64,000 nucleotides of DNA, taken from assembly GCA_054600435.1 (NCBI GenBank), contig BAAIJX010000006.1:62001-126000 (forward strand). Reading direction: 5' to 3'. Shown here in pieces: positions 57,525 to 64,000 of this stretch. Source of the stretch: Neophaeotheca triangularis. Lineage: Eukaryota. Each line of letters opens with the position of its first letter. Position 1 is the first letter of the stretch. Below the pieces are notes generated by a model. The model had not been told where the DNA came from, searched no databases, and saw only the letters and a list, made by a program, of their open reading frames with translations. The position numbers and the translations under genes were made by a program.

Positions 57525-58149
57525 GTGTATTGTGGGAGATTTTGAGCGAGGATGTGTGGCGGGAGTGTTTTCGTCTACGTTTAAGGGGTTCTTGAGAGCG
57601 AATTGGAGCGGATCATCATAAGCCAGAGGACTAGACATCTTTAGTGAGACCACATTATTTCAGCATGCAGCCCACTCTCGTTGCCTCCGGTTCGGTATTA
57701 GTTCTATTCCGCAGCTCCGAAAGCAAGACGCCCCTTCCCTTTCTCACGATCGTTGGCACCCATTTGCAAGTTACGGCCAGTTCTTAGCGGTTTATTTAAC
57801 AAGCCAATGAGCAGCGAATGAGCCATGCCAGCCACACACGATTATTATGTTCTTACTATAATAGCAGACCTTTTTCATCGGTAGACCAAGGTTAGCTGTA
57901 TCACAAAAACTAGCCATCAGACCTCATCAAAGGCTTATCTTTGAGACGGGGAGTTTACGTCCCTATACTAGCGCGCAAGCATCGCCAGCGAATAATCCGC
58001 ACGCTGCCGATAAGATAAGCCATCCCAAATGTTCACCAAAAGAAAGTGCTCCGTCTCAATTCAACTCCACACCACCCACCACTGCAGACTGACCAATTCA
58101 CTGAATCAAAACAGTCGCCAGCCCCAGCGACGCGCACCGAAACCTAACC

Positions 58150-59010
58150 ATGGAAACCTCGGACCTCACCTCCCAAATCTCGTCCCTCCAAACGACCATC
58201 ACCTCCCTCACAACGACCCTAACCCCCCTCCTCGACCAACCCCTCACAACCACAACCTCCACCCTCCCCCTCCTCGACAAAGCCAAACTCTACATCCTCG
58301 CGACCTACACGCTCGAAAGCCTGCTCTTTAGCTCGCTCAAACTGTCCGCAGCCTCGGGACAGAGCGGGATCGAAGATGTCAAAGAGCACGCGGTTTTCGC
58401 GGAACTGAAGCGGGTCAGGGAGTATTTTGGGAAGGTGGAGAGTGTGGAAGCATCGAGCTCGGGGATGCCGGAGGGGAACAGGGTGGACAAGGCCGCGGTT
58501 GGGAGGTTGGTGAAGGCGGGGGTTTATAACCGCGAGGATGGGAAGGGGGGGAAGCGTGAGGGGGGGGAGGCCGTGGAGAGTGAGGGGTTGGTGCCGACGG
58601 GGAAGGGGATTACTGAGGAGGTTAGGGGGAATAAGAAGAGGAAGCGGGATGGGAAGTGGGAGAAGGCGAATTCGGGCGCGGGTGCGAAGGGTGAGGAGGG
58701 GGTGGAAGGGGATCGATATGGCACGGCGCGGAGGTTTGAGGTTAAGGGAGGTGGAGGTGGTGCCGAAGGAAGGGAGGAGCTTGTGAAGCCTTCTGCGTTG
58801 GCGGGCGAGGGGGAGGGCTCGACTGCCGAGCGCAGTTTGCCCAAGCGTAATAAGGGGCCTAAGAGCAATCATGAGGCTTTCGAGGCGCTGTTGCAAGGGC
58901 CGCTGCCGAAGGAGGATAAGGAGGAGAAGAAATCGAGTAAGAAGAAGAGGAAGAGTCGAGGGGAGATGCAGAGGCAGGCTGAGGATGAACGTGCTCGGGA
59001 GATGAAGTAG
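58150..59010 (+). CDS. RRP47: Sas10/Utp3/C1D-family exosome cofactor (Rrp47/Lrp1-like)
   Basis: LPLLDKAKLYILATYTLESLLFSSL, EHAVFAELKRVREYFGK and RVDKAAVGRLVK, with a basic C-terminal tail. Confidence 0.8.
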   Translation: METSDLTSQISSLQTTITSLTTTLTPLLDQPLTTTTSTLPLLDKAKLYILATYTLESLLFSSLKLSAASGQSGIEDVKEHAVFAELKRVREYFGKVESVEASSSGMPEGNRVDKAAVGRLVKAGVYNREDGKGGKREGGEAVESEGLVPTGKGITEEVRGNKKRKRDGKWEKANSGAGAKGEEGVEGDRYGTARRFEVKGGGGGAEGREELVKPSALAGEGEGSTAERSLPKRNKGPKSNHEAFEALLQGPLPKEDKEEKKSSKKKRKSRGEMQRQAEDERAREMK

Positions 59011-59368
59011 GCGGGCTGTGTACAGATATCGGAAAAGAAACAATGGCGCGATTACATCCCGCTATGATGGGACTTTTGAGACGAACTTGGTCTGTCACGC
59101 TGTTTGCCATTGCCAAAAACGCGTCGGCAATGTCAGCAGGCAGGGTGTAGCAGGAGTTGTTAAATGCCGCTCGTATAGTTGCACGCGGTACGCAGGGCCA
59201 CGAATGGATCGGGGTTGGTCTATCCGCCTTCCTTTACGGGTAGCGGTGGTTTCCACCGCGCGCGGTCGCTATATACAAAGCATAGGAGGCAACACAGCTT
59301 AAGAAAGGCTTCTCCGGAGCAGCTAGATACCCCCAAATCCAAAACAACACCCTCCAAGCCCTCAACTC

Positions 59369-59974
59369 TCACACAGCTGTTCCCTCCGCCCCATCCCTGT
59401 TAGCCCTCCAAACACCCCCACCCTCAAACCACTCCTCCTTCCAAACCTCCACCCTCGCCTTTACAGCTTCCAAACACGCCTCCCCAGCCCTCCAAGCCTC
59501 AGTGCGGTGCGGCGCCGCCACGGCAATCAACACACTCTCCTCCGCCACATCCACAACCCCGAGCCGATGCGTAATACTCACGGCCGTCAGTCCATGATCT
59601 TGCAAAACCTCCCTCGCGATGGCGAGCATCGTGCGTAGAGCCAGTGGCGCGTAAGCCGAGTAAGAGAGGTGGGTGACGGTTTTGGAAGCGAAGGAATCGC
59701 GCGTGCAACCTACCGGCGAGGCGATGGCCGTATCAGCCCGTTGAATAAAATAAAATAAAAGGTCTTGAGGGAAAGGAGGGAGGGTTTTTGGGGTGGTGGC
59801 TGAGGCTTTTTACCAACCTGCGAAGAGCACTACGGCGCCGGCTTTGGGGCTTTTGACTCGCGACATTGTGGTCATGGCGTTGAGGGGTTCGTGGGTGAGG
59901 GAGACGTGGATGTTGGGTTCTTGGAGGGACTTTTCGCCGGTGAAAGGGGCGTGGGCGGTTGGGGTTTCTGCCAT
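59369..59974 (-). CDS. MOCS2B: Molybdopterin synthase catalytic subunit (MoaE/CnxH)
   Basis: Exons 59974-59818 and 59709-59369. GAVVLFAGCTRD, YSAYAPLA, HRLGVV, AAPHRTEAW and KARVEVWKEE. Confidence 0.9.
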
Positions 59975-62900
59975 GGTTGTCGTGGTTTGATGCGTTCGGA
60001 GGTGGCGATGAGGGTTGTCTTCGAGGCCGATAACCTGAGGTCCGACTTTCTCTTTTGCTTTGAATTTGAATCGCCCACTTATTCGGACTGCCGGGCAATT
60101 CGAAGGCGATGTTCGAGGTGTGAGGTGTACTGTATCCCTTGAATTCTTGCGAGGCCTGGGCGTGATGTTGGTGGTGGAAGCTTCCTGGATGCAGGTGGGA
60201 CAGAGCGCGCAATCGAGGGGAACCGAAATGGACTACATGTTCTCTAATCTCTACATACACCACTCTCCTCCACTTTCAGCATCAACACCAATCTCCAAAG
60301 ATAAGAGCGCAGAAGACTACAAGTATCTCACTTGTCCGCCTGCCTGCCTGCCTGCTTGCTTCCTATCTACCACTTCTAGGAGGTACCTCGTTGTCTTCAT
60401 CTTCGGACCTCTCCCCGCGAAGGCCGACCAACGCTTCACAGACGGTGGTGTACTACTGTACAGTAGTATATAGCAAATCATGAAGACCCACCATTCTACG
60501 ACTGGACTTCTGGAACGGATGCTAGATACTTAAAGCACCTCAGGATCTTCTTCAGCCTCGCCACAACGTCTCAAAGAGCTGGTGCTCTTGACAACTCGAG
60601 CTTCCCCGACGAACCGGCCGAATCTCAAAGCTCTTTGCCACCGGAATCCTTGGATGCGATCTGGGCTCCGACACGTGACTGGGACTGACAGCGAAGCAAG
60701 ACGCCCGTGTCAGCAATATTGAAAGGCTGCATGAGACTTAAGCGAGCCTTGTGGTGAGCCATGCTGAAGCCTGAGGGGAGCTTTCTTACCTGCTTTCAAC
60801 TGCCTGCCGTACTTCCCTTCCAACTGCCTTGCCTTCGTTCCGCGTATCCGCGCCCGGGAAGCTGCGGTTCAGGCTGAGAAAGCTTGATGAGCGACATTCG
60901 AGATAGAAGTCTCAAGATGGCGCGGTTGCTTGGAAGCCCAGTGAGTTGCCGACAGCTCATCATCAGCGAGCATAGCTCTGCGGTTCTTCATCTAGACGGG
61001 GTGATTGGGCCTGCCACTTGCAGCTGGCAGCCTTTACGCAGAGTCGCTTGCTGGAGAGGAGCGTGCTCTTCGAACCGCATGGGCCAAACGAAATCGTCCA
61101 AGATCCTCAGCAATTCTCTCGCAGCCCACCTCAAAGCATCAACAGTAATCAAAATGCACGAGGAGGAGCCAATGATGCTGCTCAATGCCTGCCATCCGCC
61201 TACACCTCATCTGTCGAGTCAGTCGAGCAGCATCGTCGTTGGACGAGCATCAGCCTGACGTACCAACTAACACTGTGCTGTCATAGCCAAAATCAATATG
61301 CCGCGTGCAAGCCGGTGTGCCCTGCTCCCACCGCAGGTAGGCTGACGGTACGACGGCAAGGCTCAATACCAAATTCAAAAGCGTGTTATTTTGCGCGGGC
61401 CGCGAGATCTTCGATTCGACCTGCCATAAGCATCGAACGCTTGGAAGATTCTGTGCAAATAGCTCTCGGAAGCTTGTAGTGCCAAACTCTGAATCTCTGC
61501 ATGCTACGGCGTTGGCAGCAGAGCTACAAACCATACTTGCAGCAAGGAACAGAGGTCTTTGGCGTATCCTTGGCAGAGCTGGTCTTCTGCATACCAAGTG
61601 ATCGGTAAAACAAGGTAAGCTGATCCTCTCGTATGATTCCGTGCCAACAAAAGCAAGACAGGACACCTCCAGCCTTGTAGCGCTGAGATAATGCCGGATC
61701 TCTACAAAAGCTTCGAAGGCGTTCTCCAAGGCTCCAAAGTCACCCCCAGTGGCACCAACCAGGATGTTCTTATGTGGGCAAGAACATGCGCAACTTAAAA
61801 ACTCTCCTAAACACGACGCGGCAGCTTAAACAAATCTATAAATGCTCACGCCTTAGCTCATCATACCAATCGCCATCTCGTCAGCATGCGAGGAGACACA
61901 TGGTGGCGCTTGCGGGGTAGGTACTTCGTGAAGAACTCCTACGCCAAGCATCGTCCAGCAACAACATGGCATGGCTCAGGCCGCCCAGATCCTTTTAAAA
62001 TCTAGCAGACCTCGACGTCTACCCGATGCGGCATTTCATTCCTCTCACAGTGCAACATAGTACCCTGCAATATGCTCAGCAACGCCAGCCTGTTGGGCTT
62101 CTCCGGGCCGATTGCTCGACGGCACATAGACACATCATGGCTAGCTGCCCGTCTGAACAAGGGGCTTTGTACTGGGATTTCTATCGCTTAGATGATCTAT
62201 CAATAGCTCTGAGCCTCATGAGCGGGAACTATGAGCTATATCCCTCCACCTCTAGACGGGTGAAGCTTGCGGCACGTAAGTAGACAGGCAACGCTCCAAT
62301 GTCCCGCAGCCTGCAGATGGCAACCTTCTTCCTGGACCCCAGGCCTTACAGTGAAATCGTGGGGGGACCCCAGATTCTGTTCGTATTCACTGACTTAGCT
62401 GCAGACAATTCATCCTCAAGACTTGGAGAGGCTTGTGCTCAAGGCCACGCTAAGACGCAGCCTTCAGGCTCCTCCACTAAGTCAGCTCGACCCCTGCAAG
62501 GCTACTCAGTGCTAACAGACAGATCCATACTCAACCTTGCAGCACCTTTTCGATAGTCTCATGAATCCCTCGCCTTGTACGGACAAATGACGCCGCTACG
62601 CTGCTTTGGATAGTGAGAGGCTATACAATTGCCCGGTTCAGCCAGTCTTTCAGCAAATCAATCCTGTTTACATCTTGGCGGCAATGGTGATTGGCTTCAT
62701 CAGGCCAATTCCACTCCAAGATTGGATGGCTCTAGACTATTCCTGGCGGTATAGACTTCTCACATGCGGCCGGCTTGCATGGCACAGCAGATGTCATTTT
62801 GCGGATAACTGCCTCGATCTCACGCGTATGCCGTAAGAAATACCCTCCATCACAGCCGGAGACAGGCTGAGTGGCGATTTCAATGCCTGTCACCGGTGCT

Positions 62901-63194
62901 GGTGGGCGGTATGGTCCGGATCGGGCATGCTTGAGCTCTGTGGGATGATGACTGCAGAGGAGCAGTTCGCGACTTCCACGCAGGCTCCGTGGTGAACTGG
63001 GCATCAAGGTGCACTACTTGAGCGAGCGAAATGGGTATATAACTACCTACCCTTCACCAATTCCAGCACCTCCTTCCTCAGCATCGAGCAGCCACTTCAA
63101 TCGTTCTTCACTTTCGCTCTTCACATTCGCTCTCGGCAACATATTTATATCCCACATCCCACATCCCACCTCGACCCAAGACCCAGACCCAATC

Positions 63195-64000
63195 ATGAAG
63201 TTCACCACCGCACTCCTGGCGCTCATCGCCTCCGTCAGCTTCGTAGCTGCAACTCCTACCGACAAGGAGACCCCCCCACCGGAGGAGTACAAGCCGCCGG
63301 TCCTCACCACCATCTGCAAGGACTACCCAACCTGCTCGGCTGTGTAAGCGTCGCTCTAACAGTGCCATGTCGCTTGATCGTAGGCTGACAGGGTGATAGC
63401 TACAAGACCAAGACCAAGTCATACGAGCAGCCGACAACCAAATATTAGTATGGCTCTTGGTTTTGGAAATAGCTACGAGGCCCCAATACGCTAACCGTAA
63501 CCCAAGCACGACCACCATCATCAAGCACGTCACCAAGACTACCGAGGTAAGTCCCAACCCAATAAAGTCTGATTGAAGCACGCCTTGCTAACTTTTCTTT
63601 CAGGTTCCAACGACAGTCTACTCGACGTTCGAGAAGAAGAAGACCAAGTACATCACTTCGACCAAGACCAAAACCATCAAGGCAAGCTCTTCGTGTGCTC
63701 GCTTGTCAACAGCCAGAAACGTGCTAACCTTCGTGTAGGTCCCGGAAGTCAAGCACACCCACACAAGTAAGCCCATGCTGCTCCTTCCAGATCGTCGATT
63801 ACTTTTGCTAATAACCCCTCTATAGGAGTCTGCTACAACAAGCCGATCAAGTACACAACCTACAAAGAGGTCGAGAAGAAGTACCCTGTCACAGACTCCT
63901 CCGTCTACACCAAACACTACACCAAGGCCTACCCCAGCAAAGTGCACTCCACCTACGTTACCGATAAGCCCGTAAGTAACCCTCTCAGCCACAACCAACA
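63195..64000 (+). CDS. Secreted Lys/Thr/Tyr/Pro-rich repetitive protein built from small exons; 3' end runs off the window
   Basis: Signal peptide MKFTTALLALIASVSFVAA. Introns at 63344-63399, 63448-63506, 63547-63603, 63682-63738 (GC-AG), 63767-63825 and from about 63972, all preserving the frame. Confidence 0.75.

Noticed and set aside
59872..60263. Possible upstream MOCS2A-like ORF (bicistronic arrangement as in animals)
   Set aside because: Upstream ORFs lack a ubiquitin-like sequence and the C-terminal Gly-Gly.

Overview
Gene-dense 64 kb of a filamentous ascomycete genome, with spliceosomal GT-AG/GC-AG introns and CTRAY branch points; a Dothideomycete is likely but this is inference. About 26 protein-coding genes are supported; I found no rRNA, tRNA, CRISPR or intact transposon. 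The centrepiece is a complete carotenoid/retinal/rhodopsin cluster at 14.0-25.5 kb: a CarO-like DTD opsin, carB, carX and carRA. An atypical CPD-photolyase-family gene at 49.9-51.6 kb has a substituted Trp-triad residue, altered lesion-pocket residues and a candidate light-response element. Housekeeping genes are RIM2, CIA30, RRP40, SSZ1, RSM22, SLU7, RRP47/C1D and MOCS2B. Secreted or surface proteins include a pair of GPI-type mucins with a duplicated upstream element, a probable pseudo-aspartic protease, a PL1 pectate lyase, a lactonase and a micro-exon Lys/Tyr/Thr-rich protein. Other notable structure: a possible +1 frameshift locus, stop-free 3n introns in the car genes, a (CGCT)n motif cluster and a strong C-rich-to-G-rich skew oscillation inside genes. 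All calls come from manual motif reading; no database searches were run.
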